64,000 bases of DNA, taken from Candidatus Fermentithermobacillus carboniphilus. GTDB taxonomy: Bacteria; Bacillota; Sulfobacillia; Fermentithermobacillales; Fermentithermobacillaceae. Both the position numbers and the translations under genes were made by a program. Location of the stretch: assembly GCA_018208355.1 (NCBI GenBank), contig CP062796.1, positions 960,494 through 1,024,493 on the forward strand. Direction: 5' to 3'. Below the pieces are notes generated by a model. That model was given only the letters and a program-made list of their open reading frames with translations. It was not told where the DNA came from and did no database searches. Below, in pieces: positions 8,449 through 17,444 of this stretch (position 1 is its first letter; the number at the start of each line of letters is the position of its first letter).

Positions 8449-10539
8449 ATGCCAATCAAAGGAAGTCATATCTTGCCTTCAAACGTGAAAATAGTATGGA
8501 ATCGGATGGATTACGTCGCCGGACAATGTTTTGGAAAAACTGTTCTTCATCTGGGATGCGCCGATGCGGGTCTAACTACCGACAGGTTTTTTGCCGGACA
8601 TCACCTACACGCTAAACTGCTGTCCAGTGCTAGAAGAGTTTTCGGGATAGACATTGACGAGAAGGGTATAGACTTTCTTCGCAGGCACGGGGTGAAGGAT
8701 GTCTACGTAGGAAACGTGTATCACCTGGACAAAGTGGAATTACCCGAAAAACCCGATATCATAGTCGCCACAGAGCTCCTCGAGCACCTTTCAAACCCCG
8801 GACAGTTTCTCGATAATCTCAGAAGCACATACCCAGATACGCCAGTGATTCTGAGCGTACCCAATGCCTATTCCTGGGTAGCTTGGCAGAGCATGTTGGA
8901 TGGATTGGAGCAGGTACACGAGGACCACAATTTCTACTTTTCACATAAGACACTCGAGACGCTTCTGCAAAAGCACGGTTACCGAATAGAAAGTGAGGTC
9001 GTTTATTCGTGGGGACCTCCCTCACCAGAAAAAACCGCCGAATTCCGAAGGGCACTCGCCCGAAACATTTTCTTCGCTGACGGGATAGTAGTGACAGCTG
9101 TTCCTGAATCTACGGGCGGGCAGGTTTCAGGGGGCCCTAACGACCAGGAAGCTGCGAACCCGGATGATCAGCTTCCTGTACTTGCCCTGGACGGTACTGC
9201 CAGCGATGAACCGGGGCCCCAGGCAAGGTACGCTTTAGGACCTGCGGCAACCAGTACCCTGGCAGACAGCACGAGCGACTTTGGCGCCAGTGTGGCTACC
9301 AGCCCGGCTACTGTCCATCCGAAACGTCGCCTAACCTTTCTTGCAGGTGACGCTGGAAATTTCACTTTCGTCAGGAATATCGCCAGAGAACTCGAACGTG
9401 ACTACCAAGTCGAGTTAATGAACCCTGGTAATCAGCAAGCAGTACAGGTCGATCAGATACCTGATGACGGCGGCATCATCTGGCTCGAGTGGGCAAATGG
9501 ACCCGCCATAAGCGTCAGTGCATCACCAGAACTCTACCGAAAGCATCCGATCGTGCTCAGAATACACAGATATGAGATATTTTCTCAGACGCCCAGGTAC
9601 ATAAACTGGCACAGGATTGATGCAGTGATATTCGTGTCCCGTAAGGCTCAAGAAAGCTTTCGTGATCTGCACCCGGACCAATACCGCGCAATCCGGAGAG
9701 CATTTGTGGTACCCAACGCTGTCGACCTTGAGAAGTTCCGATTCCGGGACCGGGGGCCCGGGTTCAACCTGGCCTGCACCGCAAGGATCCACCCCGACAA
9801 GAACCTTCCACTTCTTGTACAGTGCATGGATGCTCTTCGCCGGATAGACACACGATATCGGTGTGAGGTTGCAGGCAAGGTATCAGACCTAGCCTTGTAC
9901 CGATACCTGAAGCAGATGGTGTCGAGGTTAAATCTAGATGAAAACCTCGTCTTCTTGGGCCACGTCAATGACGTAAGCCAGTGGCTCGACAACAAGAACT
10001 ATATCGTTCAGACCAGTGTGGTTGAGGGGCATCCGGTAGGTCTCCTGGAAGGCATGGCAATGGGTCTGAAACCGGTAGTACACTCATTCTATGGAATTGA
10101 AGAAGATATGTACCCGGAAGGCTCGGTGTTTCTCACTCCGTCTGAATTTGCCGACATTGTTGTACATGGGGACTACCAGCCCTCATTATATCGAGACTGG
10201 GTTCTCGAACGGTATTCACTGGCGGGCCAGATACGAGCAATTAAGTCCATCTTGGAGGTAGCTACAAAGGCATACGAAACAAGGCGCAATCGAGAATTAT
10301 TCCTTGAGCAAAGCAAGAAGCTTCTTGAGGCCGGCAACATAGATGGGGCACAAGAGCTTTTGATGCTTCTAGCTAAGGAACTCCCTGATGACGCTCAAGT
10401 CCTTAATGACCTTGGGGTTATACTATTCATGAAAGGTCATGCTGATTTGGCCAGGAGACTCTTTATTGATGCCCTATCGTTCGATCCTAACCATGAAGAA
10501 GCCAGATACAACCTTTCAGTGCTACAGGAGAAGGCGTGA
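8449..10539 (+). CDS. Three-part fusion: class I SAM methyltransferase, low-complexity linker, GT-B (family 1/4-like) glycosyltransferase, C-terminal TPR
   Basis: N-terminus VLHLGCADAG..ELLEHLSNP (methyltransferase). Centre has an E-x7-E-like VVEGHPVGLLEGMAMGLKPV (GT1). C-terminus has TPR-like LNDLGVILFMKGHADLARRLFIDALSFDPNHEEARYNL. Confidence 0.8.
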   Translation: MPIKGSHILPSNVKIVWNRMDYVAGQCFGKTVLHLGCADAGLTTDRFFAGHHLHAKLLSSARRVFGIDIDEKGIDFLRRHGVKDVYVGNVYHLDKVELPEKPDIIVATELLEHLSNPGQFLDNLRSTYPDTPVILSVPNAYSWVAWQSMLDGLEQVHEDHNFYFSHKTLETLLQKHGYRIESEVVYSWGPPSPEKTAEFRRALARNIFFADGIVVTAVPESTGGQVSGGPNDQEAANPDDQLPVLALDGTASDEPGPQARYALGPAATSTLADSTSDFGASVATSPATVHPKRRLTFLAGDAGNFTFVRNIARELERDYQVELMNPGNQQAVQVDQIPDDGGIIWLEWANGPAISVSASPELYRKHPIVLRIHRYEIFSQTPRYINWHRIDAVIFVSRKAQESFRDLHPDQYRAIRRAFVVPNAVDLEKFRFRDRGPGFNLACTARIHPDKNLPLLVQCMDALRRIDTRYRCEVAGKVSDLALYRYLKQMVSRLNLDENLVFLGHVNDVSQWLDNKNYIVQTSVVEGHPVGLLEGMAMGLKPVVHSFYGIEEDMYPEGSVFLTPSEFADIVVHGDYQPSLYRDWVLERYSLAGQIRAIKSILEVATKAYETRRNRELFLEQSKKLLEAGNIDGAQELLMLLAKELPDDAQVLNDLGVILFMKGHADLARRLFIDALSFDPNHEEARYNLSVLQEKA

Positions 10540-10736
10540 CGCGTGCAGTTCTGAAGGGGTAGTTGGCAAGACCTGGGCCGAAACATGACGAATAGATTAT
10601 CCAGCCGAGAGTCATGAAATCAGGGGGCATTCGGTTATCTGACGAGCCTAAAACAGCAAGGTTGTGATCGAGAGACCTGGGAAACTACTCGGGGTTCGGA
10701 ACAGCCCCAGACTACATCGGTGAGCACTCACATAGA

Positions 10737-10931
10737 CTAGTAGGGAGTGAAGTATCTAAGAACAAACGCGACCCCGTTCTCGTCGTTGGTCTTTGTAACA
10801 AATTTCGCGGCCTCTTTGGTTTTTGCGTCCAAATTACCCATGGCTACCGGGTAACCCACCGCCTTTAAGAGTTCTATATCGCTCTCCGCATCACAAACGG
10901 CCATAACCTCCGAAAGTTCCAGCCCTAATGG
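10737..10931 (-). pseudogene. 3'-terminal fragment of a Cof-type HAD phosphatase gene (paralogous to 23056..23976)
   Basis: Only the last about 60 codons are homologous (LELSEVMAVCDAESDIELLKAVGYPVAMGNLDAKTKEAAKFVTKTNDENGVAFVLRYFTPY). About 89% nucleotide identity by manual alignment to 23152..23342. The upstream part of the ORF is unrelated, and the conserved GD motif reads CD. Confidence 0.8.
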
Positions 10932-11437
10932 TCTCCGAAACCCATCTCTCGAACTCCTTTTCGTTGGCCGTCCAGTCAAGTCCCCCGGTTCTTGCCTTGA
11001 CCCAGTGGAAGGGACAATTGTCGCGGATGACCTTGAATATACAGTGAAAATCCTCCATCTTCTGCTCACCTGTCAGCTGAGCTCCCGAGACCTCTTAGTT
11101 TTGACCGAGAACCAGGCCTCGCGTGTAGCCCGAAAGAAACGCAGTCCCCTGAAACAGGCAAGGCAGGACGAGCAAGAACAGCAATTGGAGCCAGGCATGC
11201 CCGATAACACCTGATCCTTGGTGCGGTCCATCGCGCCGAACGGCCTGAGGACCACCGAATACTTTGCAATATCTCCATAGCAATCGGTCAAGGTTTCAGG
11301 AGGCAGGCTCGCAATCTGGACAGGAATAAGGTCTCGCCACGGGTCAGACTTGTCTAAGATGACCGAACCGCCCGGACAATTGAGAAGCAAGCAGCTCTCC
11401 CAAAAGGAGAAGCGGAGACTGAATGCCTAAACTCCAT

Positions 11438-12064
11438 TCATCGGCAGTGCTCGCGGATCTTTTCCAGGAAATCCTCCCTGGTCAAGACAAGGTCGTACAC
11501 ATAGTTGGCCTTCGATCCGGGACGGCACTTAACCTTACGGACAACTTCGAAACCCATCTTCTGAAATGCTTTCATGCTTCGGGTGTTGTAGTCAGCGATT
11601 CCCGGAATATAAATGAGGTCTACGCCCTGGCTTATGAACGCGAACTCCGTCAGTAGCCTAATCGCCGTACTTCCTATCCCCATACCCCAGTAATCCTTCT
11701 CGCCGATCATAATGTCTATGCGCCTTACATCCTGCCTGGGATATTTTGCGTTGATTTCCTCAAGGTTCATCTCCTGAAGCCAGCATTCACCCACCGGCTT
11801 GCCCTGGTATTCGATGATAAAGCAAAATGCGTGCTGAGAAACCGTGCGGTATATGCAGCGTACTTCTTCCGGGCTCCACGATTTAATGTCGTCGCCTTCA
11901 GAAAAGTAGAGCACCTCCGGGTCGCTGTTCCACCTTTCCAGGTAGGGCCAGTCACCTTCCGTCATCGGCCTTAGTCTCACTCTGGCCCCGGCCGGAGTAA
12001 TTCCTTCCAGGACGATGCTATGCTCTCTCAGCAGCACCGGCCTTCTCTCCCCGCATGGAAGCAT
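11438..12064 (-). CDS. GNAT-family N-acetyltransferase (RimJ/RimL or AAC(6')-like)
   Basis: LRPMTEGDWPYLERW N-terminal motif and acetyl-CoA loop WGMGIGSTAIRLLTEFAF. Confidence 0.75.
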   Translation of the reverse strand: MLPCGERRPVLLREHSIVLEGITPAGARVRLRPMTEGDWPYLERWNSDPEVLYFSEGDDIKSWSPEEVRCIYRTVSQHAFCFIIEYQGKPVGECWLQEMNLEEINAKYPRQDVRRIDIMIGEKDYWGMGIGSTAIRLLTEFAFISQGVDLIYIPGIADYNTRSMKAFQKMGFEVVRKVKCRPGSKANYVYDLVLTREDFLEKIREHCR

Positions 12065-12457
12065 CAGTGATAGGTTTCAGCGCCATGAACTTACCCTCCA
12101 TGTCCTGGAGATTGGCGCGGTCCCGAGAAATAGCCCCAGCCTCTGCCCCTCACAGCGTTCAGGTTATCTCCCTCCCACACGCCTAACCGTGGATTTGACG
12201 ACGCACCAAGCTGTGGATCTAATGGGGTGTTCTACCTTCCAGGACCGGATTCCTGCCAGAAAGAGCTTGTCCGTTCACCGAAATTGGTACTACCCGATGA
12301 GGTTGATCAGGAAAGGAATAGCCGTGTCTGTTCTCGAACTCACGTGTATCCGAGATTCGCGTTTGGGGACGCTCAAGTTTATTCCTTGGCCTGGCTGTAG
12401 TCGTGATGTACAGCCTTAGGTGCATTACCTGATGCTTTATAAGCGGGAGCGATACGG

Positions 12458-13318
12458 ATGACAGCATTAGCGCTGATACTTGTCGTAGCCGCGGCATTCG
12501 CTCATTCTCTGTGGAACTTCCTGGCCAAGAAAGCAAGCGGGGGCTTACCCTTCGTATGGATTTTCACCGGCCTGGCTTCACTGATTTACTTTCCTGTAGC
12601 CACAGGAGTTTTCCTAATTCAGAGACCCCACCTGGGTCTACCCAACCTGCTGATGATTCTGGCCACAGCCGCGGTTCACTCGGCGTACTTCTTGCTGCTG
12701 GACATGGCGTATAGAACAGGCGATATGTCCCTGGCCTACCCAATCGCCCGCGGGACAGGCCCGCTCTTATCAGCAGCAGCCGGAATACTATTGCTGAACG
12801 AGCGCCCGTCTCCGCTGGCTCTTGCAGGGATAGGACTGATGATTTCAGGCATGCTCCTCCTCACCGGGAACGTGGCGGCGCTGAAACACCCAGGGACAAG
12901 AAGGGTAATACTTTACGCATTGGCTTGCGGGGCTACCATCTCACTTTACACGGTCCTCGACAAGGTCTCTGTAAGCCGTCTGGGAACACCTCCGCTGATC
13001 CTGGACTGGGGAACCAACTTTGGACGATTTCTAATTCTCACGCCGGTCGCCCTCCGGTATATGTCATCTGTGCGGGAGCAGTGGCGGTTAAATCGAAAAC
13101 GAGCTTTCGGCGTTGCGCTGCTTAGCCCTCTGGCTTACATCCTTATACTCACAGCCATGGCCACATGCCCCGTGAGCTACGTAGCTCCAGCCAGAGAGAT
13201 CAGCATACTGATAGGCTCAATAATGGGAGCCCGGCTTCTTTCGGAGCAGCAGGCAGCAGTACGTATCGCCGGAAGCGCCGCTATGGCGGTAGGGCTTATA
13301 GCTCTTGCTCTTGGTTAG
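12458..13318 (+). CDS. EamA/DMT-superfamily transporter (10 predicted TM helices)
   Basis: 286 aa, hydrophobic throughout, two-fold internal EamA-like organisation. Confidence 0.75.
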   Translation: MTALALILVVAAAFAHSLWNFLAKKASGGLPFVWIFTGLASLIYFPVATGVFLIQRPHLGLPNLLMILATAAVHSAYFLLLDMAYRTGDMSLAYPIARGTGPLLSAAAGILLLNERPSPLALAGIGLMISGMLLLTGNVAALKHPGTRRVILYALACGATISLYTVLDKVSVSRLGTPPLILDWGTNFGRFLILTPVALRYMSSVREQWRLNRKRAFGVALLSPLAYILILTAMATCPVSYVAPAREISILIGSIMGARLLSEQQAAVRIAGSAAMAVGLIALALG

Positions 13319-13416
13319 GGTGCAAGTGCAACATGACTCCGTGCCACCACAGCAAAACTTGTATACAGCATTAGGAGGTGACCAGAATACCCAAAAATAC
13401 CTCAGGAGAAACCAAG

Positions 13417-13677
13417 ATGGTTCATATCCGCATGCCTCGTAGCCTTGTTAAAGAAATCGATACCTATGCTCTTAAACACAAGCGATCGAAAACTGGGCTC
13501 ATTGTTGAGGCTGTATCTTCTTACCTACGTCGAGAAGTTTCGGCAGAGAATTTCAGGCAATTGAGGGAAGCCCTAGGTCCCGAGGACGATCCTGAATGGC
13601 CATCGTGCACCGGATCCGAATGGGTGAAAAGGCTGAGAACTAAGGAGCGCGATAATCCTGAATGGCCTACCTTGTAG
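13417..13677 (+). CDS. Ribbon-helix-helix (CopG/VapB-like) antitoxin
   Basis: MVHIRMPRSLVKEIDTYALKHKRSKTGLIVEAVSSYL is a typical RHH fold sequence. ATG at 13417 follows AGGAGA. The 3' end overlaps the ATG of a PIN-like ORF. Confidence 0.65.
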   Translation: MVHIRMPRSLVKEIDTYALKHKRSKTGLIVEAVSSYLRREVSAENFRQLREALGPEDDPEWPSCTGSEWVKRLRTKERDNPEWPTL

Positions 13678-13787
13678 ATAGCTGCGTTCTCATTGATTAC
13701 CTTCTTGGTAGACTTCCGGCCCGAACCGGGAAATGGCTAGTGGATCTGCCAGAGTTTCAGAGCAAGCGCAGGTATTGTGGGAAGTAG
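13662..13787 (+). pseudogene. Truncated PIN-domain (VapC-like) toxin; only 41 codons remain open
   Basis: Manual translation gives MAYLVDSCVLIDYLLGRLPARTGKWLVDLPEFQSKRRYCGK*. The LVDSCVLID motif is the PIN N-terminal acidic motif. The ATG overlaps the RHH gene end in classic toxin-antitoxin layout. No continuation in frame. Confidence 0.55.
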
Positions 13788-13984
13788 TATCAGGGGGAAC
13801 AGCCACCAGATCGTTAGAAGCGCCTTTGCGGGAAAGTATGGCGCTCGAGGATCAGTTTGACAACGCGGATACTACCTGATAGGGTCGGTAGGGACCCGGG
13901 AGCTTCTTCGTGCGTCTACGTCAAAGGGTCAGGCCGCGCCGCCGATATACTACAAAGGTCAGGTCCGGGGAGTGATCTGTCTCG

Positions 13985-14560
13985 ATGGTCAGGAAAAAGT
14001 TCGTAATTACGCTGCTCTTAGCACCGTTGTTGGTTTCCGGGGTCCTGCTGGCCTGGATATCGAGGTTCGGGGCTTCAGCTTGTCCCGTAAAGTCGGATTG
14101 CATAATCGTCCTGGGGTGCAGGCTCTACGGCACCGTCCCCAGTCCTTTCCTTAGGGCTAGGCTGGATGAAGCGTTGAGGCTCTATAGGGAAGGGTATGCC
14201 CGTTACATCATCGTGTCCGGCGGACAAGGTCCCGGGGAGGATATCTCCGAAGCCCGGGCTATGAAGCAGTACATGGTTCAAAACGGTGTGGACGACACTT
14301 ATGTCATTGAAGAAGATAAATCAACGTCGACAGAAACGAACCTCAAGTTTTCCCTGGAAAAGATGAAAGAGCGGGGGCTTAAGACCGCCCTAGTTGTGTC
14401 AAACGATTACCATCTGGCAAGGGCTGCCGTCATCGCCCGGAGGATAGGCCTGGATGCCGGTTATTCAGGCGTGCGCCTGCCTCAGTACAGACGGTGGGAG
14501 ATAACCGGCCTACTTCGTGAGATACCTGCGCTCATTTATACCCTTCTGACGGTCTGGTAA
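13985..14560 (+). CDS. YdcF/SanA/ElyC-family (DUF218) protein with N-terminal membrane anchor
   Basis: CIIVLGCRLYG..PSPFLRARLDEALRLYREGYARYIIVSGGQG..EARAMKQY matches the DUF218 core. Confidence 0.75.
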   Translation: MVRKKFVITLLLAPLLVSGVLLAWISRFGASACPVKSDCIIVLGCRLYGTVPSPFLRARLDEALRLYREGYARYIIVSGGQGPGEDISEARAMKQYMVQNGVDDTYVIEEDKSTSTETNLKFSLEKMKERGLKTALVVSNDYHLARAAVIARRIGLDAGYSGVRLPQYRRWEITGLLREIPALIYTLLTVW

Positions 14561-14739
14561 CGAGGTGGGGTACAGCAAACCAACGTGGGGCGAATCCCCT
14601 GCAAGGAGGCTGAGTGGTTGCCTCCGCAACTCTCTTCCCTGCCTTATCCGCAACCCCGGAACCGACAACCGCGACAGAGTCGGCTGGTCCGGGGGTTGGA
14701 ACTGCCTCCCATCGCAACAGAACTTCTTATGCCGATTTT

Positions 14740-15043
14740 CTATGACTTCCCCAACCCACCGACCGCACTTATCGTTCGTCTTGTACTCGCGGCGTCAAAG
14801 AGTTTCTGGCCGATTATCTCAAAGAAGGGGATGAGCGTAGCCCGAAAGAGAAGCTCCTCGACCACGTTACTTGTATATTCTGATGTTTCTTGTAGCGAGG
14901 AAAAGCACACAGGCAATCGGAACCCCAACGTAGAAAAGAGGAACTGCTGCTCTGGATAACGTGATTTTAACAACAGCAGCCGTCACCGCCGCGACCATCA
15001 GCGCAAACGCAATCTCCCTTATCGCTTTTTCCACTTTCGACAT
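14740..15043 (-). pseudogene. Decayed paralog of the CPBP (CAAX/Abi-type) intramembrane protease gene at 16785..17444
   Basis: Two frames carry homologous pieces. MSKVEKAIREIAFALMVAAVTAAVV..PLFYVGVPIACVLFLATRN matches the N-terminus, and VVEELLFRATLIPFFEIIGQKLFDAASTRRTI matches the EELLYRATLIPLFEMIGQRLFD core. About 60 codons are deleted internally, and the C-terminal half with the His motifs is missing. Confidence 0.75.
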
Positions 15044-15599
15044 TGCCTTTCGTCTCCTTGTACCGAATATCAAACGCTAGTTTCCTCACCCAACGTTCGC
15101 CGGTTCATCGTAGTCACCTCCTCACAACCGCGTCTATGAGGCTTCGCTGCCCAGCCCCTAAAAAGTATCTGTTCGGCAACCGCAGACACATGGCTTTTCC
15201 TATCCGGATCCTCGCGTTGGGTCTGTTGACGCTGTGGATATCACTTATCACGCGAACTGGCCCTAGAGCCACACCTCGCTGCCTACAAACCTCCGCTACC
15301 ATCCAATCGGGGCACCCCTGACGACCGTTCCCTTTCCCGGACGACCACACTTCCTTCATAGGAAAAGATGCCAGACACGTGAGAGCCCCTGGAACCTCAA
15401 GGAGCTTGCTCGCTGATCAATTCAAGACACGCCGCCAGCACGGTTCGCATTCTGGGTCCAGACTGCGAACCTCCCCCGGACCGCGGCAGTGGACGACCTC
15501 AAAAATGACTGAAAGTCTTCCACTAGCACATCTGGGATCGGCAGAAACTCCCCGCGGATAAAAAATCGCGCGCATAATCCCCCATACGAACATGCTGAC

Positions 15600-16200
15600 C
15601 CAAATCCGACCGTATCCGGCATTTGTCTTCGCACCGATTCCCCAGTTCTCAAGGGCCTCCAGGAGCAAAGTCATTGCCAGGTGTGCCCAAGCCTTACCGG
15701 AGTCGGAGTCCCCCGGAACATCACAACGCACCGAGAGGAGGAACCTCCCTTTTGCGCCCACAAAGGCAATCAGAGTTGGGTAGTCGAAGTCCGATGGCGG
15801 CCCGCTGCGATCTTGGCCCTTGAGGTCGTCATCGGGCCGAGTATGACGACAGGTTTTGCAATGAGGGGGAACGGCGCCAGCATGAACTACCAGTTCTTTT
15901 TCCGTCCGACTTGTGCAGCTAGGGAGGTCAAAGAGATCTGCCGGAAATTAGGTGTGGACGTTCAGTTTCTTTTAGGGGACGTGCAGCCCGGAGCAATGGG
16001 AGGAAGTCTCCTCTCAACTTGATGTGCTTCAGGACAAATACGTGGACGCGCACCTTTGTATCGGGTTTGGCCACCTGGTCGAGATTCGGCGCGATGACTC
16101 GTGAGCACAAGGACCGAATGAATCTTGTAGGGACCGACTCCGATAAGGCCGTCTGCTCCGTTGAAGAGGAACTGGCTCGCAAAGGCAGGGACAGTCATTC
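15600..16200 (-). pseudogene. Relic of a type III CRISPR RAMP gene (Cmr6-like), frameshifted and lacking a start
   Basis: An open frame without a start (15947..15417) reads ..ELVVHAGAVPPH..PPSDFDYPTLIAFVGAKGRFLLSVRC..AWAHLAMTLLLEALENWGIGAKTNAGYGRI. The GIGAKTxxGYGR glycine-rich loop and the preceding P-x-x-I-x-F..G..F.F pattern are Cmr6 hallmarks as recalled from memory. An upstream shifted frame reads FNGADGLIGVG..RPGGQTRYKGAR. No other cas genes or array are present. Confidence 0.5.
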
Positions 16201-16529
16201 TAGGAGCCCGTAGAAAAGTGATAGCCAGAACCCCCTCGTCGAGGTGAAATGCAGACTCAGTTCATGGCTCTTACACCGTAACCATCTAAATAAGGACTGT
16301 AAAAACAAGCTCGATTTCATGAAGGATCTGAGCCACAGTTTGCCAACCGCCATTATTTATTTAGTGACCTTGGAGGAAGGAAAAAGTTTGGAAATTGCAT
16401 TAAGAACCCTCATGAGCCAAGGATATACCTGCATATCAGTAGTGCCGATATCAACTCTTGAATCCCGTCTCAAAGTATGCTTGCCTTAATCAAAGGTAGC
16501 GACCACCGGACCAAGTCTTGTGAACGTCC

Positions 16530-16795
16530 TTCCCTACATTTTTCTCGACCCATTCCGAAGGTCCAATCCATTGGAGGTCGTCTCCCAATTATGGTTCATC
16601 CCAGATGGTCTCCCCAGACTCTAGAGTTCAAGAAGTGCCGGATTACGGCACGTTTAGGCTGTAAGACGCCGGTTGACGTGTTGCAAAACTTTCCTGCGAC
16701 TCCGGAAGGTGGCAGACTGAGCGAGGTCGAATGTGTACTGAAACCCGTTTCCAAAAACTCGGGTGCGGTGCAGGGGTGAGGGCAATGTCGAGACT
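16530..16795 (+). mobile_element. Relic A of an IS30-like (rve/DDE) insertion sequence: 3' end of the transposase gene plus terminal sequence
   Basis: The frame reads ..LEFKKCRITARLGCKTPVDVLQNF.. (compare the IS30-type C-terminal RPRKxLGyKTPxEVf). About 150 nt are homologous to 22925..23110 in inverse orientation. The terminal aaaaactcgggtgcggtgcagg recurs at 41967..41992. Internal deletions and no intact ORF. Confidence 0.5.
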
Positions 16796-17444
16796 CCACA
16801 GAGCGATGAGGGAAGTCTTATTCGCCTTGGTCGTCGCGGCGGTGACGGCAACGCTCACTCTCATCGTGATATCCAGTGCAGCAGCTCTTCTTTTCTATGT
16901 TATCATCCCGATTATCTGCATTCTTTTCTTGACTGCCACCAGGACCAGAGTAAACGTCGATCCAGTAACGGCTGTCACTGACCTGAAACGGTATTGGAAG
17001 GTGATGGCGGCGTTTACCTTGTATAACGTCGTTCTGGTCACCGCAGGTGTGCTTATTGCGGGAAATCCCGGTCGTGAATGGTCCAGGATATCTACGGGTT
17101 TTATTATAAGCAATCCGATCGAGGAACTCCTCTATCGGGCCACGCTCATTCCCCTCTTTGAGATGATCGGCCAGAGGCTTTTTGACATGACAAGTACAGG
17201 ACGAGCTATAGTTTCTACCTCAATAGCCTTCTCCCTGGGCCACGTTAGAAACCTTCTCTTTGCAGGCAGCGTGCTGGCAAGGGGAGCCGCCATTGTGAAC
17301 ATGTTCAGTGCGTTTATCATAGGCCTATTCCTCGGCATCGTCTACAGCAGATCTCGCAATCTCGTGAGCGTTACGATCTTCCACTGGTGGTTCAACCTGC
17401 AGAATCAGATAATCGAGTACCTGGCGTTTCTTGTGATATCGTAG
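16785..17444 (+). CDS. CPBP-family (CAAX protease/Abi, PF02517-like) intramembrane metalloprotease
   Basis: EELLYRATL (EExxxR) motif, FSLGH and FHWWFN His motifs, multiple TM helices. Start placed at the ATG at 16785 (MSRLHRAMREV) by homology with the decayed paralog. Confidence 0.75.
   Translation: MSRLHRAMREVLFALVVAAVTATLTLIVISSAAALLFYVIIPIICILFLTATRTRVNVDPVTAVTDLKRYWKVMAAFTLYNVVLVTAGVLIAGNPGREWSRISTGFIISNPIEELLYRATLIPLFEMIGQRLFDMTSTGRAIVSTSIAFSLGHVRNLLFAGSVLARGAAIVNMFSAFIIGLFLGIVYSRSRNLVSVTIFHWWFNLQNQIIEYLAFLVIS

Noticed and set aside
10932-11437. Overlapping minus-strand ORFs (for example 11073..11390, ..LLLNCPGGSVILDKSDPWRDL..)
   Set aside because: Three frames each carry short open stretches, which suggests a frameshifted pseudogene. 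I could not assign a family, so it is left unannotated.
12065-12457. Long GNAT/EamA divergent intergenic region, inspected for a riboswitch or small gene
   Set aside because: No conserved riboswitch core sequences, convincing hairpins or supported ORF were recognised by eye.
14587-14599. ggggcgaatcccc hairpin resembling a tRNA T-arm (possible tRNA 3' fragment or att site)
   Set aside because: It lacks the TTC of the T-loop. No acceptor, anticodon or D arms could be built around it, and there is no flanking integrase.
16244-16489. 81-aa plus-strand ORF between the Cmr6 relic and IS relic A
   Set aside because: No motif and no Shine-Dalgarno site. It lies in a region of obvious gene decay and is probably non-coding or part of the degraded IS.
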